The position numbers and the translations under genes are program-made. A DNA stretch of 64,000 nucleotides from Paraspadella gotoi. Its lineage: Eukaryota > Animalia > Chaetognatha. Shown here one piece after another: positions 38,438 through 50,232 of this stretch (position 1 is its first letter; each line of letters opens with the position of its first letter). The stretch covers positions 116,161 through 180,160 of the forward strand of contig JBJCIZ010000282.1 in NCBI GenBank assembly GCA_051294375.1. The letters run 5' to 3'. The notes under the pieces were generated by a model. That model ran no database searches. It was not told where the DNA came from and saw only the letters and a program-made list of their open reading frames with translations.

Positions 38438-41400
38438 CTAGACATCTTGGCTTGTTTCAACCAAGTAAATTTCACGGAGAGATGCAAAAGCGTCACCACC
38501 TTCGCCGGAGCTGGTCATAACTGGTGGATGAATAAGCTCCCAATGGGAGGTGTCAACAGTGTAAATGTTCTACAAGCCATTCTTGATGAAATTTTCAAGG
38601 ATCTTGAAAAAGACGTAAAGAGTTTCAAATCAGCGGAAGACATGGCCGAAAGGTTACACGAGCTACTGCAAAAATGCAGAGACAAGAATGTGGTCCTCAA
38701 ATGGACAAAGAGCATACTACTTCGAAAAGAGGACATCAAGATCCTCGGCTTCAGTATTTAAAACAGCAAGCTCCTTCCCCAAAGAGAGAAGCTCGAAGCC
38801 GCGGAAATCAAACTCAAAAACATAAAAACTCAAAAGGATCTGAGAGCCATGTTAGCCTCACTCAACTACTACAGGTGCTTTACACACAGGTTCTGTTATA
38901 TAGCGCAACCATTACATGCACTCACGTTGCTAGATAAGGATTTCAAGTTTACCAAAAAACATAAATAAATGCTACAACTCCTCATTGAAGATATCAAAAC
39001 TTCACCAGGTTTAAATTTTCTCAATGACCAGAGAATCAGGCAAGGCTCTTACAAAATTTATGCCGATGCAAGCTCCACAGCAATGGGCGGGCTAATCACA
39101 GCCGACGGAGTCGAATACCCGCTCTCTTTCCACTCGAAATCCGAATCAAGCACATCAACATCCTCGAGACGTTGGCCTTCAATATGATGGTGAGGAAGTA
39201 CAAGGGCAACACTTGCGGCCGGAGAGTCACCTTAGTCACAGACTCACAATACTTCAAGAGAGTCATGGATCTCCAGCACGACAAGCAGCAACTACTCCCC
39301 ACAAATGTCCTCCGATGGATAACGGAAATAAAGCAAGAGTGCCAACCAAAGGAAGTTATGCTAGTTAAAAGTGAGGACAATCCAGCCAATTTCCTCACCC
39401 GCTTCACCGAACAGGGACAAATCACACCCTTAGATACTCTCTTCTTCCCTGCTGGCTTTGACGTTTAAGGCAACTACGAGCCCAGATATGCTGAAAATCC
39501 AGCGGGAGACAGCAAAACGCCAACTCATCTCAACCTCATCACGGGCCACGCCCCAACACTCACCTTGATGGCACAACTCCTCGAGCAGGAAACCAAAATT
39601 TCAGAACAAGGTTTTTTGAATTCACAAGACAAAGCTTCGAAAAGAGAAATAAAAATATGGAGAAGCTCTACGGAAAAACAAAAACAAAAGACGCAGACAC
39701 CTTTGTGCGCACAATATTGGCAAAAGACTGGACCCTTGGTCATCCAGAACTCGAAATGCTGGCCGAAATGACTGGCATAAACATTACCATGCTTGACGAA
39801 GACAACACAAGCCAAACGGGTTGTAAGTACGAACGTTATTATCGGGCAGACCATGCGGACAGGACCATAAATGTTTTCAGAACCATCACTGGTCAGGTTA
39901 TCCTAGTAGGCGACTCTGAGAGATGAAACCAATTACGCCCGATCAAGCCTAATGACTTAAAAGTCATTGAGCTAAATAGGCTAAAACCCACTGAAAACAG
40001 GGGAAGACCAAAGAAACAAAGAGCAAGAATAAAACACATCAGCAAAGTGCCAACGGATCTTTTGAACATAAACATCCAGGAACAAACAGAAACCAAAAGG
40101 GCCAGGAAAGCACCCTCAGATTTGCTACTCATTAACCTAGCGAACATTGTAACTATTCCTACTCAAGGCAGTGTTGACGATGTAGTAAACAAGTTTGAGC
40201 AAACAATGTCGGATCTGACTACGATAATTAATTAATTAATTAATCGATTAATTAATTAATTAATAATTAATTTTAATGTGTAATAATTAATTTTAAATTT
40301 ATATTCAACTTATCATCATTATATTATATAATATTATATTTCATAATAAAATTTATTTAAAAATAAAAGCGGTTTTAATAAAAAATATAAAGTCTACATC
40401 AAAAATATATTATTCAAAATTCAAATTAAGTATTGATTTAATTATTATTTTTATTAAAAAATCCTTTAATATTATATTCACAATTATAAGATTACGATCA
40501 AAGGAAAACCAGCAAAGTACTCGAGTCAACGTTGGAAAACTCTGAGCAGTTCCTTTCCGGTCATTTTGTTTTCAAGTTTTATATCAGTCAATGTCTTCTA
40601 TCCAGACCAACAAAGCAACCCTAATAAAATGAGTTCGTGACCTTCATCTGGTGGTAAATTAAAAATTTGGGGTAACTTCCTACTGAGGAAGGGTTTTTTT
40701 AAGTTTACTAAGAATATTTAAAACTGGTTGCGTAAGCTCTTCTTAGAAATTTATTTTCTTTGAAAAATACCTAGGAACCTCAAAAAAACCTACGTCCACA
40801 TGACTTACGTTTTTATTCAATTAAAACTGACGTTCCTATAAATTCCGTTGGATTTCGTTTAATTTGAAATTTATAAACGACAAATTGCTCTTTTGATTCT
40901 CAGCTTTTGGTCCCGCGTTGCGTCCTTCTTTTTCGCGTGTCGAGGTTTTTAACTGTTGTTTTTTAAAGGAAAAAAACTTGAACAAATATTAGGAAAAAAA
41001 AAACTTTTCAAAAACAGCAACTTCTTAAGTTTAACATGTAATTATAGTTTCAAAATGTACGTATTTATTTTAAAGTTCCTGCGAAATAATTCGTTTATTA
41101 AATAACTAAATTCAATTAATGCTCAATGATTTACGTTTTGTGACCTCTTTTTATTTCTTAAATTGCGTGTCATTTTTACTTTACTTTATTTATTGATTTA
41201 TTTATTTATTTATTTTATTTTATTTATTTATTTATTTATTTTATTTAATTTATTTATTTATTTATTTTATTATTTTATTTAATTTTTTTATTTTATTTCC
41301 CTTTAATTAATCTATTTATTTATTTATTTATTTATTACTTCATGTATTAATTTTTCGATTTATTTTATTTTTTATTGCATCTATTTATTTATTTATTTTA

Positions 41401-42087
41401 TTTATTTATTTTATTTATTTAGGTTATTTTACCATCATATAATTGTTTTCATTTTTATTTATTTAATTTCTGTCTATTTATTTATTTATTCTATTTAGTT
41501 CATTTATTTTTTTTATTCTATTATCTATTCGAACGATCTGGCAGTGAACCGCCCTTCCCTTTTTAATGCTATATATTTGATTTTTAAACAAATGTGGCTC
41601 CTCTTCCTTTCAAATGGAAAAGTCCGTTTTCCCATTTGTCGGACGCAGAACTTATACCAGGAAAGGAATACAACTGACGGTGATACATGACGGATCTCAC
41701 AACATACGGAGTTTCCTTTTCGGATCCCGCGTTGGGAAACCATCTCACCACAATGGATTTCTGGCCGTTGGTGAAATTTTCCGAAACGAATTTGTATTAT
41801 CTGTTTCGGTTTTCGCGAGCGGCTTTAATCTCCATCATACATAATCAATTCGTAAGCGATCGTTCAGTAGTACAAACACTCTCTCTCTCTCTCTCTCTCT
41901 TTCCTTCTCTCTCTCTTCTTTTTCATTTTTCTTCTCTCGTCTGACTGACTCCTCTCTGCACTCNNNNNNNNNNNNNNNNNNNNNNNNNTCGATGTCCTTG
42001 AAAATTGGGTAGGACAGTTATATAAAATGTTTTGGTATTACATTTATCAAAACAAACAAATATCCTCTATTTTATTTTATGTCTCCT

Positions 42088-42131
<44 letters not shown>

Positions 42132-42644
42132 TTTTCTGCAATTGCGACGATCTTTATGCTTTTCAGATTTTTTTTAACTTGCATCATTTTTTCACATTAA
42201 TTAATTAATTAATTCATTAATTAATCAAAACATTTATTAGTAATCATTAATATTAAAGATTCAAGTAAATGTGACTTATGTTTTTTCCATCTAAACTCAT
42301 TTTCCCTGGCACAATTCCGTCAATACTTTATATATTATTATATATTAATAATATTTAAAAGCTTCAGTGCAACAACCCAATGAACTAATTCAAAAAGTTA
42401 TATTGAAAATCGATTTAGTAGTAAAAGGAAAAAAAATTTAAAGAGAACTAGAAGTTATAAAAAGTGTTCAATTACTTACTAGATATTAGGCCTTACTAGA
42501 TATATTGCATGTGATTAAACAATGTTATCGAATAATAATTTATCAATTTTATGTATTTTGTAAGTATTTTAAGTATTTTTATTCAGTGAGTAAAATAACA
42601 ACTTTTTTATTCGCTAATTTTATCTCGGACTCTCTCTCTTTCTA

Positions 42645-42681
<37 letters not shown>

Positions 42682-42747
42682 AATTGCGACGATCCTTATG
42701 CTCATTTTACTGCTCTCTCTCTCTCTCTTCTTTGCAATTGCAACGAT

Positions 42748-45310
42748 CACTCTTTGCAGATCATAAAATTGTCAAAAACTTCTTCATAGCAAACATCCTG
42801 ATAAGGTATAGTTGTCGCCGTCAAACCAGAGTCATCAGAATATTCGGAAAATCTCAAAATTTATGATAAAAGTAAAAAAAGAAGAGTAAAAACAGTTAAA
42901 CGCTTTAAGGATTTTTAAAAAAGACTGTTCTCATTTTGTGCAGGCCATACCGTGAATTTCAGTAAAGTGGTGAAAAGATCTTTACATCCTCTTGAATTTG
43001 CCGTAAGCGAACAAAATATTTGTTTAGGGAAAATTAATCAAAATTCCTTTAGATATTACCGTTTTATGCGTGATGATAGAAACTGAAATTCATGAACCGC
43101 CTTAGCCTTAGCCAGCTCGCAAAACGACAAAGGACGAGAAAGAGTTGCCCTCTTTACCAACTAAAGTGCAAGGGTCGTCACTGAAATCAAGGAACCAGCG
43201 CCACGTGATGACACTGGAAACGCACTATGCTGGGAAAAACAGTTATATCCTTGTCGTCATTGGCGGAAGCCCGGCAAGCTGCTTGTATGATACGGGGTCT
43301 CTATAAACACTATCCCAAGCAAATTTGTCGAGAAATGGGGCTTAGCTACTCAAATTTATCGCGGAAGAGCGCTAAAGCTTGAAACAGCAACAGGAACCAT
43401 CACGCTGACGGAGATGATAAATATCAGAATAATCAATATCAATTATAGAGTGGTGTGATGTTAAAAACTTAGTAGGCATCCTCCGTGGACTCGTGGAGTG
43501 TGAAAAGTTGTTAATTTTTCTCTTCCAATCAATGGGCGTAACCTGGCGTTAACAAACAGTACTGACCGAATCTAACGTGTAGCGACGAACTAACAAAAGA
43601 TCAGTGTTTATATAACGACGCGTATACGACTTCTCTTTACAAGTACCATTGGCTTTAACTATAATAATTCATTTTTATCCTTTTTACTCAAATAATTAAG
43701 AGTAATTTAAAAGTAATAAATAGTCCCTTTTTTATCTTTACAGACCACGCAGGAAGCCAAAATCGTTGTTAAAGAAAGCGGAAGTATTAACTGTGGAGGA
43801 TTGAATCCATTATTTTCATCCCATATGGACACAGTGGGTTACCGCACACTCAATGCTTACCCCCCATTGGGGTTTGGTTATCCTTTTGTTCCATCTATTC
43901 CTTCCCACTCAATATTTGGGGCTGCGCCTGGGAGTATCATCACTGGCTCTGGATTTGGATTTACTCATTCAGGATCACATGGGATACCTGCTGGATCAAA
44001 TTCTTCACCTGCTGCAGGTTTTATGTACAACATGTTCACGGTAGGGCAGAGAGGATGTGAAAGAAACAAAAAAGTGCCATCTCTGAAACCAATAAAATCT
44101 TAACGTATACCCATGAAACACTTAATATGGTAGGTCAGTAAATTCGATAAAGGCAGGATTTTTTTAAATTTTTAGAGAATTGACAAAGTTTTTGTTTACA
44201 ACGAATTTTATTTAAATTGAACAGACATGTTTCAACTTGCTTTACAAGCCTTCATCATCGTTTTGACAGTTTGATTGAAATTTTTGCATAAGAAGGGAGG
44301 AGAGAGAGATAGAGAGTAGGCTAAAAGTTTTCCAACAAAGTGGTGAGACAGAATAGTGGTCAGATGAGAGGACAGGGTAAGGTTGAGGACAGATTGAATA
44401 AGTTGTGAAAAAGAAGTGAACTTAGAGAGAGAGAGAGACAACAGGGATAAATAAATAATAATGATACATTGTGCAATGTACAACAAAGATAAATACTTTG
44501 AGAAAAAAAAACTAAAATTAGTTAAATTTAACAATTATCTAATGGATAAATAGTTAACTAGGGATAGAAAATGAAATATGAAATGAAATTGTAAAAATGT
44601 GAGAATTTTAAAGTGTTAAGTGATTATAAAGTGAAATTTAAAGAGTAAGAAAAAGCTCAAAATGAGCTGGTCCCCCTTGGTTTATGCAAATGAAGGGCAT
44701 GGACAACGGTGACGGGTCATTGGCGCGTCAATGGCTGAGAGGAGAGTGCGACTGAACCAATAAATTCTGCACCAGGGATTGTACCAGGCGGAAAAATTCC
44801 CAATGCCACTCTTTTTGTCTCTCTGACCTGATACACCTGCCGGCTGCCATCTTCTCGCCTGCTGGCAAGGCGGGCGATTGTCCATTCTTGCCGCTTTTGC
44901 GACAGGAATGATTGACTCCTCTCCTTCCTCCTGAAGCCATCGTTTTGGCGGCGCTCAGTCTACAGTGAGAGGGGCTGAGTTACTGCATTTGAAGGAGAGG
45001 CATCATTTGCCCATTGCCTGCGTAAGGGTCTCCACTTGTCTCGTTGAGTGGAGACAGGGGAATCATTGTGCAGGCGTGGTGGCAGCGGGGCCTCCACTAC
45101 GCTTTTGATAAGCAAATCATAGCTTGGAGGGAGATCAAATCGTCCTCCATCATGGTTCAAAGAGGGCTCGAGGGCTTTGATGTAGATTGCCTCTCTAATA
45201 CCTCTTGAGAACCAGTTTGGGTCATGGGACAGCATGAGACAATCTGATTCCCTGAACAGACGGCCTGTTTCTGCTGAATGCTCAGCTATTGTGGACAAGT
45301 AGTGACCTCG
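42748..45310 (+). repeat. Direct duplication of 61394-64000 (gag/PR relic, Sox terminal exon, Penelope fragment)
   Basis: Near-identical over ~2.6 kb apart from small indels; the match runs to the window end. Confidence 0.9.
43744..44103 (+). pseudogene. SoxB2: SoxB2 terminal exon, frameshifted copy
   Basis: Acceptor tttacAG at 43742-43743. Reads (R)PRRKPKSLLKK, then GCGGAAG versus GCGGGAAG in the second copy, giving AEVLTVED* with TGA at 43802-43804. May be a sequencing error. Confidence 0.7.
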
Positions 45311-45410
45311 GGCATCACAATAAGGCTTTTTGTGTTGCTGGAATCGATCTGTAAGAGACTTGCCTGTCTCGCCCACGTACATGGTGACAATTTTACAAGC
45401 GCCGGTAGAA
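44150..45410 (-). mobile_element. Penelope-like element 3' fragment (GIY-YIG endonuclease + pseudo-LTR)
   Basis: YVGETGKSLTDRFQQH...STIAEHS...RGIREAIYIK...PSLNHDGG. Downstream hammerhead relic at 44220-44262 has its core mutated to ATGATGA. Confidence 0.85.
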
Positions 45411-45621
45411 ATACGCTGTCATTTTCAAAACCAGTGGTTATTTCATTGATTTTAGAATTTAGTTAGGTAGAAAATACTAAAACTATTTATGTGTTAAAAT
45501 TTTATATTGATCAGTTAAGATATGCCTTGACAGTGAGTGGAGAAAGTTGGCTTGTCAAATCGGGTTTCATTTTCCAACTCACTGTTTTTAAAATTCAATT
45601 TTTTTGGGGAACTTTTAACAC

Positions 45622-46325
45622 TTTTTTAGTCGGATCTGCTTATCAGCAGATCCCGACTCTATAACTCACTTTTTCGGTCCGTCGGTCCGCCCCCTCAATA
45701 TTGTCGGGCACACACTTATATCATGTCAGAACATCGAATTATGATAAATTATGCAAAAAAATACTTCGGCGTTCCGTCCGTCCGTCCGTCCGTCCGTCCC
45801 ACCTTAGCAAAAAACTCCAATTACCCGTGATTGGATGGATGGATTGGTATGAATTTTGTGTGTGGGTAGGAAACTATTGTGATTGAGATGGATATGAAGT
45901 TTCGAGGGAATCGTGCGAGTGGAAATGGGTTTAAATGGAAAAAAAAATATATTTCACTATTTGAACGCCAATTGCTCATGAGTGGATAGTGCAATTGACT
46001 TGAAATTTTGTATGATGGTAGGAGAAGTGTGTGATTGAGCCGATATAAAGTTTCGATGGAATCGTGCGAGTGAAATGAGTTAAAATGGAAAAAACAAAAG
46101 TCATATTTACTTGAAGTATTTTTACTTAAATTTACTCATAATTATTTTGTTTATTAAAAATTGGATAGATAAATCGAATTGAATTTTGTGTGTGGGTAGG
46201 AAAGTATGTGATAAAGCTGGATAAAAATTTTTTTGATGGAATCGTAGGAGTGGAAAAGAGTTCAAATTAGAAAACCAAAAGACACATTTATTTGAATTTT
46301 TTAAGTTTCTCTCTCTCTCTCTCTC

Positions 46326-46356
<31 letters not shown>

Positions 46357-47153
46357 GTGATTTTGATTGACCAAATTATGCTAAATTGACACAAATCCAA
46401 ATTATGCCAGTTGACCAAATTCTGCAAGTTAATCAAGTTTGCAAGTTGACAAATTATGCTGTTGACAAATTATGCCAGTTGACCAAATTAGGCCAGTTGA
46501 TAAAATTATGCCAGTTAACCAAATTATGCCGGTTGACCAAATTATCTTAATTGATCAAATTATGTCAGTTGACCAAATTATGTCAGTTGACCAAATTATG
46601 TCAGTAGACCAAATTATGTCAGTTAACCAAATTATGTCATGTTGACCAAATTATGCAAGTTGATTAAATTATGCAAGTTGACCAAGATTAGCTTATTACC
46701 ACTTAATTATCGATAGACCTGGAATTTTGTATGTGAGTAGAAAAGTGTGTGATTGAACAGGAAACCAAGTTTCGATGGAATCTTTTGAGTGGAAATGAGT
46801 TTAAATGGAAAAAAACAAAAAACCTGTTTCACTAATTGATTATGCTTCTTTTTTCTTTTATATTAAATGTATATGCAGGATGTATTAATAAGTCAAATAA
46901 TTAATCAGTTAATTAATCAATTAGTCAATTAATTAATCAATAATTAATTAATCAGTCAATCAATACCAGCTCCAATAATCCGAATTTTGTGTGTGGGTAG
47001 GAAAGTGTGTGATAAAGCTGGATATAAAGTTTCGACGGAATCGTATTGAGTGGAAATGAGTTTAAGTGGAAAAAAACATAAGTCGCATTTACTAAAATCT
47101 TTTTACTTATTTTAACCAATAAGTACTCTAATTAATCATAATTGGATGGATAG
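45622..47153 (+). mobile_element. HINE/DINE-1-like copy with an internal tandem array, interrupted by LTR element B
   Basis: Same 5' palindrome and (GTCC)n as the other copies. Cut at ...GGATGGATAG by LTR B. Confidence 0.7.
46365..46685 (+). repeat. 18-bp tandem array GTTGACCAAATTATGYCA
   Basis: Head-to-tail units with no spacers. A related shorter array is at ~13240-13320. Confidence 0.9.
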
Positions 47154-50027
47154 CATCACAGAGGAATGAAACCCGGAAACAGAGGAAAGGATTAAGGAAG
47201 AGGATTCCGGAAGAGGAAGAAGATTCTGGAATGATTTCGAATGGGATTTTGGAAGCCAAAACCAGAAAAGGAACAATAGTTTCCGGAAGAGGAAAAAGAA
47301 GGTTCCAGAAGAGGAAGAGGAGGATTCCGGAAGAGGAATCTGGCTTCGTCTACTTACCCTTTATAATAGCCTCTGTTTCTGCTTTGATTCACTCTGTCTG
47401 AAAATTGACACCGTCTTCATGTCTATTTTCTGAGAATAAAATTCCACTTTGGTTTCATATAGAAATCCCTGTCTGTTTACTTAAATGTGGTGACAGGAGT
47501 GGACTCGACTCACCACGTCTCCAAGAAGAATCAAGCCTTACCTCGACCACACAACCCCTAAAAGAAAATGGACTACACCTCTGCCCCCGCCATTCCTCCA
47601 GCCAAGCCAGGATGGAACCTTTTCCAGTGGAAAAAAGGGGCTGCGGCACAATCAACTGACGCCGCAAGCACAGAAGACGGTAGCAGTGCCCGGGACAAAG
47701 TGGAGTTCAAAACATTCAAGCTGGATGGAGCTCTAAGGGATCACTGCCAATTGGACAATGACCAGGCGGAAATCACCCGCCAAATCTTAAAGATCGTCAA
47801 TGACGTCAACCAGCAGACACAACAAAATCTTGATAACTTGAGCCAAAGAGTCAAAGACAGTGAAGCAGGCCTTGGCTCAAAGCTGGATAAACTCAAAGAC
47901 ATGATGAAGACTATGATATCTTGGCGCAACAACCAAGACCCCAACACCATAAAGGCGGGACAACTCCGTGCTACTGGACTGCAAAATCAACCCCATGATG
48001 CCTTGCGGGACAACCTCTTGGCAAGATGGAATCTGAAAGCAAAAGAGTGACCCACCCTCCTATACTCTAGTCGATCATCCCATCAGGCTTGAGAAAAGGA
48101 GGGCTGACGAATCACCACAAGACTTTCTGCGCAGCTTCTATGAGGCTTTTAAGGACTCTCCAGCCCAAGACAAAATCGACCAGCAATTACGAGCCCTACT
48201 GGCGCGAGACAAGATTGCAGCCAGTTCATAGAACCTATCGACCAATCTATGTGGCTAGGACTTTGTGCACTCTGCAAAGAATCATCAGTGAGCATCACAG
48301 AAGCACTTGCTGAAGCCAAAATTGAAAGTTAATCCACAAGTACATGCCAAATATGGGCTTGCCCTTGTCAACGAAGCAAAGGAGAACTTCGAAACTGTCA
48401 GGGAGAAGGACAGAGCCTCCATCCCAGGACTTTGTCGCCCAAATGCTTGTGGAGGCTCTTGAGCCCTATGTCCCAGGCATCACTTCGGAAACTCTGGAAT
48501 GGACCCAGATGCTTGAGAGAGGAGAAACCCGCGACCTTGGCAGGGTAATTGAATATAAGTTGCGGGCTACCTCAAAAAGAACCCTAACAATCCCAACCGA
48601 AAAATCATTAAGTCAACATTAGAGGATGACAACAAGAAGCTCACCAACATACTATTACGGGACCAGGATTCAAGAAGCAGCACTTTGGACCCACAACAAA
48701 GCACCATGCTCCAGGCACTCAAAGGCATGAACAAAGCAATGAAAGAACTGAAAGAGGGGCTTGAAAAATCAAACCGCTCTGGCAACCTCAGCAACCTCCA
48801 AGACTACCACAGCTCGGATCTCCAATGTAATAAAAGAGAAAAAACCAAAAATCGTGGATGTGAAAGCCAGGAAAGGCAATCTGGAGAAAAGAAAGGGCCC
48901 CGGCCCCACCCTTGGATACAGGCGTGATATTGTGGACCAAACTAATAGAGTTGAAAAGGACGCCACCAACCCATCCAATAAAAATAAAGACAACTGTGTT
49001 TCAAACAAATCACCAAAAACAGCTGAAAGAAGTTTACAAAAACCTTGGCAAAAGAGTCATGGAGATTAAGGACCCAAAGTGTAAGCCATGATTCAATAGC
49101 CAGGATTAAAGACCTTGCTGAAACGGCAAACAGGCTTAAAGGAAAGTCCACGGCTTCGCGGATGTACAAACTGTTTAAGCCCCTGAAAGCAAAGGAGCTT
49201 GCCCTCGCCAACAAGCATCTCCATAAACTGGGATGGAAGGGCTGGAACAAGGCGGACAATGCTGAGAGACGGGCCATCATCACAAGGTCGAGAGCTTGTG
49301 CCAAATTGGCAAGGAGGGCACACAGAGAGGCTCAAATATTGAGTGACAAGCCGATTCCTGATCTGCAACCACCGGCACCCGCCGACCCTCTTCCTGCTGC
49401 CTATCCTCACCACCAGCCTATCACCAGCCCATCGACTGCCCCCGAATGCACTAAGTCGCCTAATCCTGAGAAACCCAGAAAACCGACCAAACCCGATAAA
49501 AACGTGGAGAAAGACTGGGACTCAGAAAGCTTCAACCGACTGGCAGTAAGAATAACCCAACTTACCGCATAGTAGCTGGCGAGCAGAATGGAGAATCGCT
49601 CCACCAGGCAACCATCAGGCGTGTGGAGATGGAATGCCACCAACCAGAAACATTCCCTGCTTTCTCATCAAAACCTGAAACAACCAAGGATGAGGTGGAT
49701 ATGCCTGCGCTGCCAGAAAGGATGGCCAGTGCTATACAAGGGGACCAAGGACCGGAACCCAGAGACGACACGGGACTTGCCTGTCATACAGGCAAAAACA
49801 GCTACATACCAGCAGTCATCGCGGGAGCACCTGCTAGTTGCCTGTATGACACAGGTGCATCTGTAAACACGGTCCACGAAAATTTCTTGAAAAGTGGGGC
49901 CTGTCAAGCAAGATCTACCATGGAACTCCTTTACGCCTCTCAACAGCCACTGGCACTATCACCCTCACCGAGAGGATCAACCTTCGAATTATGTTTCAAA
50001 AATGGGTCCTCTTCACAGTATTTTATG
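47154..50027 (+). mobile_element. LTR retrotransposon element B: 5' LTR (47154-47487), PBS, gag, protease
   Basis: LTR CATCAC...TTAAATG; PBS TGGTGACAGGAGTGG. gag from 47568 is homologous to element A (ALEPY.PGIT..TLEWT; GWKGWN...SRACAKLARRA). PR PASCLYDTGASVN. Confidence 0.85.
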
Positions 50028-50232
50028 CTCACTGACCACCGAACCGAACGGACGTATGCTCCGATCCCTCCGATTTTTTTCACGTTTTTCGGACTTAGAA
50101 AAAACAAGCCAAGAAAACCAAGCCAACTACGAAATCTCAACTGTTGATTTAAATGACCTATTCTAATAATTCACAGAATCAAACTAACTTTTAAAACAAT
50201 CATTATAACCAATAATCTATTACAATGATTGA

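Larger units (their letters stand above)
33280..40187 (+). mobile_element. LTR retrotransposon element A: partial 5' LTR, PBS, gag, PR, RT, RNase H, extra domain (degraded)
   Basis: LTR ends AAATG (34125), then TGG. gag from 34201 (MDPVPSTS) with stops. PR PASCLYDT; RT WRLICDLSAVN, SLDILACFNQ, KLPMGGVNS; RH YADAS...VTDSQ...NPANFLTR. Confidence 0.85.

Noticed and set aside
42825-42845. CTGATGA on the minus strand as another hammerhead (also at ~27411, ~32940, ~61480)
   Set aside because: No stem II followed by GAAA; it lies within a gag relic.
46365-46685. CRISPR-like array
   Set aside because: Units are contiguous with no unique spacers, the context is eukaryotic, and there are no cas genes.
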